From: a virus
Lineage: Duplodnaviria > Caudoviricetes
DNA: 52,377 bases
Virus record (IMG/VR): IMGVR_UViG_3300017785_001504
Location: 1-52,377 of that record
Strand: one strand, 5' to 3'
Shown here: piece by piece, positions 9,410 through 19,500 of the stretch
Layout of the letters: each line of letters opens with the position of its first letter
Position numbering within the stretch: position 1 is the stretch's first letter
Notes under the pieces: generated by a model
Database searches by the model: none
Told to the model about the DNA's origin: nothing
The model's input: the letters and a program-made list of their open reading frames with translations, nothing else
Program-made: the position numbers and the translations under genes

Positions 9410-9579
9410 AGTTCACAATTATATGGATCAGTCAGAATCTAGCCATTCCTTTTTGGACGATTGGTCATATTCACTTGATGACAACCATCTATGGTGACAT
9501 AACTGAGATACTCAGTTCTGTCGGTATGAACATAATAGTCGCACTGGGATTTTATTTAGATTATAAGAGGGGAGTTTAG
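9391..9579 (+). CDS. Small membrane protein
   Basis: 62 aa, two hydrophobic segments. Confidence 0.65.
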   Translation: MAKGFIKFTIIWISQNLAIPFWTIGHIHLMTTIYGDITEILSSVGMNIIVALGFYLDYKRGV

Positions 9580-9777
9580 TATTAACCTTTAACGTAAGGC
9601 AGATTTTAAACTAAGTCAGGCCTCCCCTCTTTTTGATATAGTACCTCGTAGCCTCTCTTAGATGCTCACTAGCGAGAGTGCGATGGACAGGGCAGCTGAC
9701 TGATTCCATCTAGCTGTGTAAGGCATGATAGTTTCGCGCTTTGCGCTTACACAAACCACCGAGCTAAAGTCGGGTGG
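9565..9777 (+). ncRNA. Candidate structured ncRNA: five consecutive stem-loops
   Basis: AAGAGGGGAG/CTCCCCTCTT, CTCTC/GAGAG, GATGGA/TCCATC, TGTGTAAG/CTTACACA, CCACC/GGTGG in a largely intergenic stretch. Confidence 0.5.
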
Positions 9778-9781
9778 ACAT

Positions 9782-9937
9782 AGTCCAGTGGCGGAATGGT
9801 AGACGCTATTATATTTTATGTCAGACACACCGAAACAAAGCGGACGGCGACACACAGGAGAGTTAACTCCCAAATAAACCATAAAATATAATTTGGAGAA
9901 CGAAAGTTTATTACAGGTTCGAATCCTGTCTGGACTA
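9782..9937 (+). ncRNA. tRNA-like RNA with no anticodon loop (156 nt)
   Basis: Acceptor AGTCCAG/CTGGACT+A; D arm TGGCGGAATGGTAGACGC; T arm ACAGG-TTCGAAT-CCTGT; anticodon arm is a 13-bp stem enclosing 59 nt. Confidence 0.8.
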
Positions 9938-9997
9938 CAAATTGATTCAAGATAAGGGGTAAAAATTGCCACATATCTAAACAAGAAATGTAAAAAA

Positions 9998-10246
9998 ATG
10001 AAATATCCGATAATTTTTTTAAGTGCCTTAATCATTGAAATCTGCTCTACATTTTATGTACACTATATTTCAGAAAGTAATGCTTTAGGAATGTGTTTCT
10101 TCGCTTTTGTTGGGCCATTTTTAGGACTACCTTTTGCAGGTTATATGGTTGAGTCAAAATTGTGGAGCGAACGAATTAAGATGGCTTTTGCTTTAGCGTT
10201 TGGATATGTATCGGGCGCTTTAATAGTAGTAAATGTAATTAACTAA
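9998..10246 (+). CDS. Small multi-TM membrane protein
   Basis: 82 aa, three hydrophobic segments. Confidence 0.7.
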   Translation: MKYPIIFLSALIIEICSTFYVHYISESNALGMCFFAFVGPFLGLPFAGYMVESKLWSERIKMAFALAFGYVSGALIVVNVIN

Positions 10247-10258
10247 ACAACAAGAACA

Positions 10259-10351
10259 ATGAATATATCAGAAATAATAATATTATCTCTGCCAATAGGA
10301 GGGCTAATTGGTTTAATTATTTACTATTTTTTTATTAATAAAAACCTTTAA
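10259..10351 (+). CDS. 30-aa single-TM peptide
   Basis: MNISEIIILSLPIGGLIGLIIYYFFINKNL*; bounded by junction repeats at both ends. Confidence 0.6.
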   Translation: MNISEIIILSLPIGGLIGLIIYYFFINKNL

Positions 10352-10356
10352 ACAAT

Positions 10357-10429
10357 AAAAAACCCCCTAGAACAGTATCCTAGAGGGGTGCTTACAAACT
10401 TCTTTGTAAGTGGGGTAGATACAAAGATA
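10357..10429 (-). ncRNA. Candidate sRNA 1 (about 60 nt) with -7 box and terminator
   Basis: TATCTTTG (10422-10429), hairpin CTTACAAA-GAAG-TTTGTAAG, GC-rich hairpin plus T6. Confidence 0.55.
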
Positions 10430-10436
10430 TTAAATT

Positions 10437-10820
10437 ATGAGACAACTAGTATACAACGCAGTAACCTGCACAGAATGTAAGGAGCATTTAGTTAGCTACA
10501 GCGTGCACGACTACAAGACCTGTGGATGTCCTAATGATGCCATGGTGGATGGTGGTCTTAGCTATAGTAGACATGGCGCAAAGGAAATGGACAAGATAAT
10601 CGTTCACCACTACTACGCTGATGACCCATTTGATGTAGTTCGCTGCTACGCCACGCGCGGAAGCCGCGGCAAGGATGGCAAGCAACCGCTGACTTGGATA
10701 CCACTAAAGGACATGGACGAAGATTACTTGGAGGCTGTGCTTGGATACGGAGGGGCTGAGTGGCATCTTGATCTTATTAGAAAAGAAATTCAATATAGAG
10801 AGAATGAACGAAGTAATTAA
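10437..10820 (+). CDS. Conserved phage Zn-binding protein
   Basis: CxxC...HDYxxCxC...VDGG. Confidence 0.8.
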   Translation: MRQLVYNAVTCTECKEHLVSYSVHDYKTCGCPNDAMVDGGLSYSRHGAKEMDKIIVHHYYADDPFDVVRCYATRGSRGKDGKQPLTWIPLKDMDEDYLEAVLGYGGAEWHLDLIRKEIQYRENERSN

Positions 10821-10913
10821 GATGCTATAAATGTCTAATATATTATCCATAATCGGCTATTTTCCGACTAAATGCATAATATATTACACTTTTGGTGAAA
10901 AACACTTAAAAAT

Positions 10914-11013
10914 AAAAAAGGCCGATTAAAGAACCAGCCTTTGCTTTGCCAATTATTGACAAACATTTTATTAGTGACTCTGCAAACTTACAATAAAAAT
11001 ATTAATTATGCAA
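10914..11013 (-). ncRNA. Candidate sRNA 2 (about 65 nt) with full promoter and terminator
   Basis: TTG-N20-TAAGTTTG; hairpin TTTGTCAA-TAA-TTGGCAAA; AAAGGCTGGTT-CTTT-AATCGGCCTTT running into a T tract. Confidence 0.65.
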
Positions 11014-11172
11014 GAAAAAGAAACAGGATGGATAAGTGCTCTTATTAAGTGTGACTTATGTGGGCATGAGTCATTGTCAGTACACCATGTATCATGTGAT
11101 AAACTTGAGTGTGCTAATTGTGGGCATATGTCTCACTATGAAATATTAAAAAATTATACAGATGAAAAATAA
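11008..11172 (+). CDS. Zinc-ribbon protein, 54 aa
   Basis: CDLCGH...CANCGH; overlaps thyX start; not in ORF track. Confidence 0.75.
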   Translation: MQEKETGWISALIKCDLCGHESLSVHHVSCDKLECANCGHMSHYEILKNYTDEK

Positions 11173-11782
11173 AGTAGAATTAATCGGTCACTACGGATCA
11201 GACATCGTTCATGCCCAGTCGGCTTGGACAAGTACATCAAGATATATATCACCAGATAAATTTGAACGCATACCTAAGCTCTTAGAGATGTTAGCATCAG
11301 AAGGTCACCACACGCCATTTGAGAAGTCCTCGCTGCACTTCTTGGTAACGGTAGACCAAGCTACTCACATCCATCTTTTAAAGCACCGTGTTGGAGTTTC
11401 TATCAATGGTGAGTCAGCTAGATATAAAGAGCTGAAGGAAGATAAATCCTACATACCACAAGACTGGCCAACAGATTGGCTTGAACATCTTGAGTGGTTT
11501 ACCAAGGAGGCTAATCATTGGTATCATGAAGCTCTTGAAAAGCTTACTCCTAAGTTAGGACGCAAGAGAGCTAAAGAGTCAGCGCGTTTCTTCAAGACAT
11601 TCAACTCACAGATTACTATGGATGTTATGTTTAACTGGCGCAGCTTCTACCACTTCCAGCAGCTCCGCAACTCCGAGCACGCTCAGTTGGAGGTACGTGA
11701 ATTGGCACAGCAGATGCTAGACCTAGTTAAGAACATCGAGGGTGATCCTTTTGTAGACACTATTAAAGCGTTTAAGTTATGA
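11162..11782 (+). CDS. thyX: Flavin-dependent thymidylate synthase
   Basis: GHxTPFE, KHR-x7-SARY (variant of RHR-x7-S), NWRSFxHFxxLR, HAQxEVR. Confidence 0.92.
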   Translation: MKNKVELIGHYGSDIVHAQSAWTSTSRYISPDKFERIPKLLEMLASEGHHTPFEKSSLHFLVTVDQATHIHLLKHRVGVSINGESARYKELKEDKSYIPQDWPTDWLEHLEWFTKEANHWYHEALEKLTPKLGRKRAKESARFFKTFNSQITMDVMFNWRSFYHFQQLRNSEHAQLEVRELAQQMLDLVKNIEGDPFVDTIKAFKL

Positions 11783-12006
11783 AAGCAACACTAGAATTTG
11801 ATGATGAGCAGGATCTCAGAGACGCCATTGACGGATGGAAATGGAAGAATGTAGCTTGGGAGCTAGACCAAGACCTTCGTGGTATAGTTAAGCACGGATA
11901 CTTTGGCAGCAGAGAAGCCACTGAGGCAGAGATTGAAATGGCAGACTATTGCAGGACTAAGCTACGTGAATTAATTAATGATGACGGATTAAATTTAGAG
12001 TCATGA
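11779..12006 (+). CDS. Hypothetical phage protein
   Basis: MKATLEF... 75 aa, ATGA coupling. Confidence 0.75.
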   Translation: MKATLEFDDEQDLRDAIDGWKWKNVAWELDQDLRGIVKHGYFGSREATEAEIEMADYCRTKLRELINDDGLNLES

Positions 12007-12245
12007 AGCCAGGTGTATATGCTGCCAACATAACGATCAAGGCCATGCCATTAAAACATGGCACTAGGTTGGTACCAGTGAATAAGGTATTGGAAAAATG
12101 GCCGGTCGGTCTTAAGGAAGACGGGTCAATTGTTGATGCATACTTCATACCTAGGGTAATTAAAAAAGAGAACATTAATAAATACAGGATAAACTACCAA
12201 ATAGATCCGATAGTTTTTTTATCAACATTTAACTATACTGTATAA
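12003..12245 (+). CDS. Hypothetical protein
   Basis: 80 aa, ATGA coupling. Confidence 0.65.
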   Translation: MKPGVYAANITIKAMPLKHGTRLVPVNKVLEKWPVGLKEDGSIVDAYFIPRVIKKENINKYRINYQIDPIVFLSTFNYTV

Positions 12246-12269
12246 ATTTTTCGTACATTAGCCTGCGTA

Positions 12270-12485
12270 ATGCAGAATGTCAACTACGTCAACTCAACTA
12301 TGCTCGAAATCAACGAGCTAACCGACAGCATCTATGAGCACCTCATGGATGAAGACTATGACGCATTGATTCCCACAATTCAAAATCTAATCGTAGTCCT
12401 CAGGGATCTGCACAAAACTCATTACGATGAAACAATACATCGACAGAATCCTGGAGCTCCTAGCATCGGGAATGACAAAGGCTGA
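12270..12485 (+). CDS. Hypothetical protein
   Basis: 71 aa; TACATTAG promoter-like box at 12254-12261. Confidence 0.65.
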   Translation: MQNVNYVNSTMLEINELTDSIYEHLMDEDYDALIPTIQNLIVVLRDLHKTHYDETIHRQNPGAPSIGNDKG

Positions 12486-13584
12486 TATTGCCAGACAAAT
12501 CATCTCAGAGAACAATCTTGATACTAGAGAGGAGACAATGAGAATATATGTCACTCGTGCTATTAAAAGACACAATAAAGGCGTTGATGAGGCATGTGAT
12601 GATCTACAGGTAGCCCCATCAAACGTCCCATATCTTTGGCTTAAGACCAAGCAGGCGTCCCTATTTATCAAGAACCCGGCCTATCGCGTTGATGAGATTG
12701 ACTACGAAACAATTGTATCGAAGTTCTTGCAGGACAAGCCCGTGATTGTGAAGAAAGAATGGAAGCCAGGAAAGACGGTTGATCGTTTGGTTTGGACTGA
12801 CGTTCACGTAGGCATGGATGCTAGCCGTAAGGGATTGGCTTTGTATGCTGAGGATTGGAATGAGAAGATATTGATGCAGCGCGTTCATGAGATGGCTGCG
12901 TTTGTTATAGCCAATAAATCGTCAGATACGCTCATTTTAGACGATCTAGGAGACTTTATGGATGGTTGGGATGGTGAGACAACTCGAAAGGGGCATAAGC
13001 TGCCACAGAACATGACAAACGAAGAAGCATTTGAGTCGGGTCTAAAGGCAAAAGTCACACTAATTGACATATTGGCTCCGGAGTACACTCAGATAGTATG
13101 TAACAACATCTGCGAAGACAACCACTCAGGTGCCTTCGGTTACATTGTCAACTCAGCATTTAAGCATGTCATTGATCGTAAGCACAGCAACGTCACCGTG
13201 CACAACCACAAGAAGTTTATAAACCACTACATAATCGGAGACCATGGGTTTATCATTAGCCACGGCAAAGACTCTCGCAACCTTAAGTTCGGCTTCAAGG
13301 TCCAACTTGATCCAAGAAGTGTTGAGAAAATATCTCAGTACATTAGACACTCGCAAGAAATAAGGGCCTGTAAGTATGTTGAGTTTAGCAAGGGTGACTC
13401 TCACCAAATGCTATTTGACTACTGCTCTTCTGATGAGTTTGATTACTTTAACTTCCCGGCATTCTCGCCTAGCTCAGAGTGGGTTCAGACCAACTTTAAG
13501 AAAGGCCGATCAGGATTTGTGTTCTTCCAGATCGACCTCACATGCAATCGTAAGGTTGTTATGCCTTACTTCTTTAATATTTGA
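12427..13584 (+). CDS. Calcineurin-like metallophosphoesterase with N-terminal HTH
   Basis: TDVHVG, LGDFMDG, DNH, SHG, GDSH motifs. Confidence 0.85.
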   Translation: MKQYIDRILELLASGMTKADIARQIISENNLDTREETMRIYVTRAIKRHNKGVDEACDDLQVAPSNVPYLWLKTKQASLFIKNPAYRVDEIDYETIVSKFLQDKPVIVKKEWKPGKTVDRLVWTDVHVGMDASRKGLALYAEDWNEKILMQRVHEMAAFVIANKSSDTLILDDLGDFMDGWDGETTRKGHKLPQNMTNEEAFESGLKAKVTLIDILAPEYTQIVCNNICEDNHSGAFGYIVNSAFKHVIDRKHSNVTVHNHKKFINHYIIGDHGFIISHGKDSRNLKFGFKVQLDPRSVEKISQYIRHSQEIRACKYVEFSKGDSHQMLFDYCSSDEFDYFNFPAFSPSSEWVQTNFKKGRSGFVFFQIDLTCNRKVVMPYFFNI

Positions 13585-16500
13585 TCGGCTGTTTTATTGG
13601 CCTTAATTGCTAACAACATTTCTTCTGTTGGTCTTGGAATGTATTCTAAGATTTTAGCATACTCTATTTTTTGATCCTCCGTTAATGCAGTCTTATTGTT
13701 GCTCTCTAAGGTTGTTTTAATGAAATCGATTTCATCATCTATAGTTGACATCTTTTTCTTCTTCTCAGCTAACTTCTCTAGCACTGGATCAAGCTTCCCA
13801 TATTTCTCTTTAATGTCAGCTGACATGTTTTTTACTCTTTCAGAAGTTCTATTACTTTTCTTAAGTAGTGCAAATGACTTGTTGGCTATCTGATCAGCTT
13901 CACGAATTGGAGCCACTAAGCCTATTGATTTTATGATAGCAACACTTTTCATTTTTTCCATTCCTTCATCGTCAAGGTATGCCGTTCTTTCATTGTTGTC
14001 AATGAATTCACCTGTCTCCATAGCCTTGTAAATATCATAAGCCTCCGACAATTTTTCACCTTGAATTCCAAGGGTACCAAAATTCGTTTCATCAGATATG
14101 TAGAACTGAATGGAGTTTTCTTCAATATATTTCTCTCTTTTCTTTCTTTCTTCTTCAGCAGTAAGTGGGTCTTGGTCCTTGAGCTTTCTAATGTTATTTT
14201 CTTGATCAATATATTCATCAACTTCTGACTTTTCTGGTGCACCTATACCTGCATATGCCATTAGTTGATTAGATTTCTCAAGAATAAAATTATCTGCTAA
14301 TGATAGTGGTGAGAATACATCTAATATAGCCTTACTCCATGATCCAGATAGCATATTCTTTTTAAGTGTTTCAACAAGCTCTTCCTTCTCTTCATCATCA
14401 TATCCTAGTATACTCATTGCTGACCATAGTATCAATTCAGCCATTTTAAATCTAATGACATTATATACAGCAATCTCAGCTGAAATAGATGCCAAAGATC
14501 TCGCCGTATCCAAGTCAAAATTACCGGTAAACATTTTTGTCAGGTCTCCCCACATCCTTGTCTTTTGGTTCATACCAAAAGATGAGAATGGGAATAGCAT
14601 ACTTTTGATAAGCTTGGCATATGGATTTTTAGATCTGTATAAATCACCTCTAATTCTAGAATCAGTCATATCCATCGATCTATCAACCATTGACTGTGCG
14701 TAAGCTGCTGCATCTACATTTGGCTCGGCATTAAAGTCGATTGGACCTAACTTGTTTTTTGCTGCATACTTTCTATAGTAGGCCATCCAAGCTATTCGTC
14801 GTGCGGCAGCATCTGGATTAGATACCAATATTTGAAAGGCTTTGGCATTAAACTTAGTAAACTTATCTAAACCTATCTCTGCTATGTTTTTACCTAGTGT
14901 TGCCTTATCTATTGACTTATCAAAATTTGACAATGATATCAAGATGTCATTCTCACCAACGTTTGCAATTGACTGCCCTGATCTATTCATGAAGTCAAAA
15001 GCTGCTTTGCTATAGTCAGTTGGTCTTATGTATTCACCTGCATTTACAATGGTGTTTGACATACCTGATGCAAACTGGTTAGCCCACTGGCCAATACCAG
15101 ATAGTGCTCTTACGGATCCAAATGTACTAAGCACATCAAAGAACTTATCTGCACCTCTTAGTAGGTTTTTGTCGACAAGATTTTTTCCCTTTATGTCGTT
15201 AATGTAATCAGATAGTGCGCTCTTAATGATGTCAAAATCTTTCTCAGATCCAATAATTTCCTCATTCTCTCTTGAGTTGTAGAATGAGTTTAATTGTCTA
15301 ATAGCTTTAGCTGTATAAGAGTCAGTAAGCGCAAGTCTATATGATCTGAACATATTATTATCAAAGTTTAAGTCAACGTACTTGCCGTTTGATTTTAAGT
15401 CTTTTGGTCTTGTTATTGGCATCAATACACCGGCCTCATTTCTATTGAAGTAGTTGTTTGAATACTGTCCAAGACCAAGAAGATCGCCACCATTCAAAGC
15501 ATCACCATTTTCAGCTGCTCCTTGCTTAATATTAACGTATGTCTTTGGGGTATAGTTAATATCTTGGTTCAACATGATATTGTAAACACCCATTGCAGTG
15601 TCACTCAATTGATCGTACTTCTCAGCAAACATATCAACAGCGAAATTTACTGCATCTATATTTGATTTCTCAGCCTTATCAAGTACACTTTCAAGAGTAA
15701 CGTTAGCATTATATAGACCAAGTTTTTTGAATACTTTGTCATATAGCTTACCCATCTTTACTTTAGTATCATCCTGACTTTTTAAAAGCATATCCTTAGA
15801 ATCCATAAGTATATTGACCAATCGATCAAACTCTGCATCTTGGTCTATGTTTGGATTTGTTCTAATTAAGTCAGCGATAATACCTCTCTCGTATATGTTT
15901 TCGTTTGACTTAAATCCTTTTATGCCATGGAATTTTTTAATGTACTCTGATTGCTTGAATGCAGCCTCAAAGTCAGCTTTATTGGCACCAACAATAATTT
16001 TATTAATTCCACTTGCTTTTTGATATGCGTTAGCTTTCTCTACACTTCTAAACTTACGCTCAAGTATTCTACTAAATCCTGCAAATCCCCCTAATCTTAT
16101 TTGACCTAACTTTTTAAACATTGCTATGCTCATTGGGCTAGATTTGTCTCTAAACTTTTTAGCGTTCATCATTCCCTCATAGGCACCCATTAGAGACTCA
16201 ATTCCTGATGTAACACCATTGGCAAAGTATGTGTCAAGTGCATCTAGAACTTTAATTGAAGAAGCAATACCAAACTCCTCAGCGTCAATGTTGATTGCAT
16301 CAATAATAACCTGTGGTGTATCCTCGTCTATAAGTTGGCTGTATGCTGCCAACTGTAGGTCAATCTGATCAAGTATGTCAGCTGAATTATCTACGTCAGG
16401 CTTCAACGCTTGGAGCTCTGTTAGCATTGTTTCAGCAGGCAAGTTTGTAGAAGGTTTGCCGGTAATATTCTCGTATCTAGCCTGTAGGTTTTTAAATAGT

Positions 16501-19500
16501 CGCTGCGTTTGACGTTGTTGCTCAGCGTCAATGTATTCAGCAATTACCTGTAGATCAGGTTCTTGTTTTAGTGTCAACTTGCCGCCTCTAGTAGAGCTAG
16601 ACTTAACACCTTCCATAATCATCTGTGCTACAGCAATATGGTCTACAATATTCTCAACGTACTCAGCATCTAGTGATGTAAACATCTTGGCTACTACAGC
16701 GAATGGATTTGGCTTACCTTTTAGTTTACTGGCAATTGCCTTAGACATTCTCTTGGCCTTCTGAACGTTGTCTATGTACTCAGCATTTGCAAGCGCTCTA
16801 GATACATAATCAATGAACTCAGACACCTTTTGCTTATTATCGAAATTTAGGCCCTTCAGCTTCTTCATAATGAAGTCAAACTGCTTGACTGATATGTTGC
16901 CCTTACTTTTTAAAGAAGTGACGGTAGCGGAGATGTCAGCTAGTATTTTCTTATACTCTCTCTTTTGTTCTCTCTGCGCTCTAGCCTCAAGTTTGATCTG
17001 ATCAAGTAGAGCCTTGTACTCATCTTTCACAATCACCTGTGTCGGCTTCCCTCCTAAAATTTTTGGTGCCTTTTGTTGTTTTCTTGTAGGAGTTGATATT
17101 TCAATATCCGACTCAGATAATAGATTTTCTTGTACAGAAGATTTAAGTTCTTCTAATGAAGATATCTTATCAGTAATCTTGTTTATTAAAGATTTTCTAA
17201 ATTCAAGGTCACTATCTGAACTAGTAATTTTTCTTGATTGTTTTTCAAGATCTTTTTGTAGTAAGTCAAGCCTATTTTCTATCGACTTAAGAAGAGATTC
17301 TCTTAACTCTGTTATTTTTTTGGTCTTACCTCCAAGAAAATTAGGGACATTTCTATTCTTTATATCCTGTAGGTACTCAAAAGGGATTCCTAGTTTATTG
17401 AATACATCTGTAAAATCCTCTCCATAAATCTTTATTTTAGATTCTCTACTAGGAGTTGCTTTTTGGAATTTAATCTTTCCACCCTTAGCTGACTTAGTTT
17501 CAAACATAGGGTCAGATGGAGACACTTTCTTGACGTTTTTAGCTAATACTAATGCGCCTACTTGAATAACCTCATCAGCTGAAACCACTGGCATGCCATC
17601 TGATTTATCGTAAAACCAACTGTATCTAAATGGATTCATACCAACTTGCGTCCAAGCAGGGTCGTTCATTAATTCTTCCGCTCTAGCATGTACCAACTTA
17701 GGGTCTTCATTAACCCAATCACCAAACATTCTAGCAATGGTTGTTTTTTGAGAACCTGTAGCAATTCTCATTGCCGTACCTGGGAAAGTTTTAAAGTCTA
17801 CATTTTTTAGAACAGCAGTCTGACCATAAGCAATAGATTTTCCTTCCTTAACTCCATCATGTATTGAAACAACCCAAGTATCAAACCACTCGTATGCAGG
17901 AATATCTAACCTACATGCTACTCTTGCGCCATCTACTAGATTCTTGGTTAGCCCAATAATACCTGTTGCTACTTGATTATCTTTTAATGAATTAACTATT
18001 TCTTTAAGGCTTGGTAATCTAGGAACATTTTTAAATAACTTAATAGGTTGATTTTTAGCAACAGTGTCAAGGTATTCTTCTTGAGTTATTTCTTCATTAA
18101 AATAATCCTTTGCAGCTTGTTCAACTATTGGATTTCTCTTTTGCTTTTGATTTACTTTGTTTTTCTTTTTCCAAGCCTCTCTTTGTGCTTCAGTTTCACC
18201 AAGCGCTTCTAAAGCCGCTTCAGATCCAGGCATGGCATCTTTATCAGTTGTTAGCTGTTTCTTACGCCCGGTTGTTTTGGCTGTTTCTCGTTCTTTACGA
18301 ATTTCAGAAAATGGCTTATAGCCTTTGTCCCTCCAGGTTTCGATTCTTTCTTTAAGTCCTTTTGCATCTAGTTGTTTTTTAAAATATTCTTCATAACTAT
18401 CAGGTCTTTCGCCTGTTCTTAATATGTTTGCAGCCCATAAAGCAGCTTGAACTTCTCTAGGGGCTAATCCTAATTCAGATGCTACTACTCTTACAAACTC
18501 TTTTCCTTTCTCAAATTCAGCTTGATTCTTAGGATTGACTTGTTTTTTATTAGGATTCTTCCACATTATTATAGACCAAACATGTGAGTCTACAGCAATG
18601 GCTTCTTTATCTCCGGTAAGAGCCTTAAAGAAGTTAGACATCTTATCTGACTTTATTCCTTGGCCTTCTAAAAATTGAGTTACGTATCCATAATACTCAG
18701 CAACACCTTTAGGCATTTCGCCTTGGTAAATTCTTTCGGCATTACTGATTGCCAAGCTAACCGTTGTAACACTATTAGCCGCCATGGATGCCAATGGAAG
18801 TAAAGATAAAACATCTTCAGCGTACTCTCCAAATATACCATCTACATATGTGGATAAGCCATCATACCATGTGGTCCAATCTATAACCTCTCCAACTATT
18901 TCTTTGGCCTCTTGAATGGTAAGCGGCATGTTATCTCTTTGAAATAACTTTTGCAGCTTTTCAGATGCTTGATCTGTTCTTTGAACTAATTGTTTCTTAC
19001 GAGCGCTTATCTCCCCAGATGCATAAGAAAGCTTAGCCGTTCTACCATACTGAGCTAGGGCATACTTTTCACTTTTGTATCTACCTTGTTCTACTTTTTT
19101 GTAATACTCTTCATAACTAAATGTATCTCCAGATGACTTTGTAAGTTCTTTTATTGCCTCAGAAAGATTGTATGCTCCATCTAAGATAAATACCTCAATC
19201 TCTGCTGAACTACCATCTTGATTAACAGCTGCAATTTCATATGGATATGACTTATGGTAGAATGGGTCTTTCTTGTTACTTTTATTTGCAACCAAGCCCC
19301 CTTTTGTTCTATAAACAATGACAATGTCATGTACGTTTTTAGACTTTTGCGTCTCTGGTTCAGTAAATTTTTCAGCCATTGCTGACATAGACCCGGCAGA
19401 TGGAAATTTATCACTAACTACCTTTCTGTCGCCTAGAACACCCGATACGAATTCTTTTCTTTCTTCAAATGTTAAAGACTTAATTCTTTGACCATTGTCA

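Noticed and set aside
9782-9937. tmRNA, YrlA Y RNA or group I intron-containing tRNA
   Set aside because: It has a true D stem and only a 59-nt insert (too small for tmRNA or a group I intron). Its ends are at the acceptor stem, unlike YrlA, and no Ro60 gene is visible.
9658-10035. 125-aa - strand ORF
   Set aside because: Antisense to the tRNA-like RNA and hairpin array; no recognisable motifs.
3380-10383. Shared 9-mer GTATCCTAG (3380-3388 and 10375-10383) as an sRNA 1 target site
   Set aside because: Nine bases is within chance for 52 kb, and the sRNA copy is mostly buried in its terminator stem.
13949-14242. Same-strand nested ORFs such as 13949-14242 and 19181-19414
   Set aside because: K/L/M-rich composition typical of +1 shadows of acidic coding sequence; no promoter or family resemblance.
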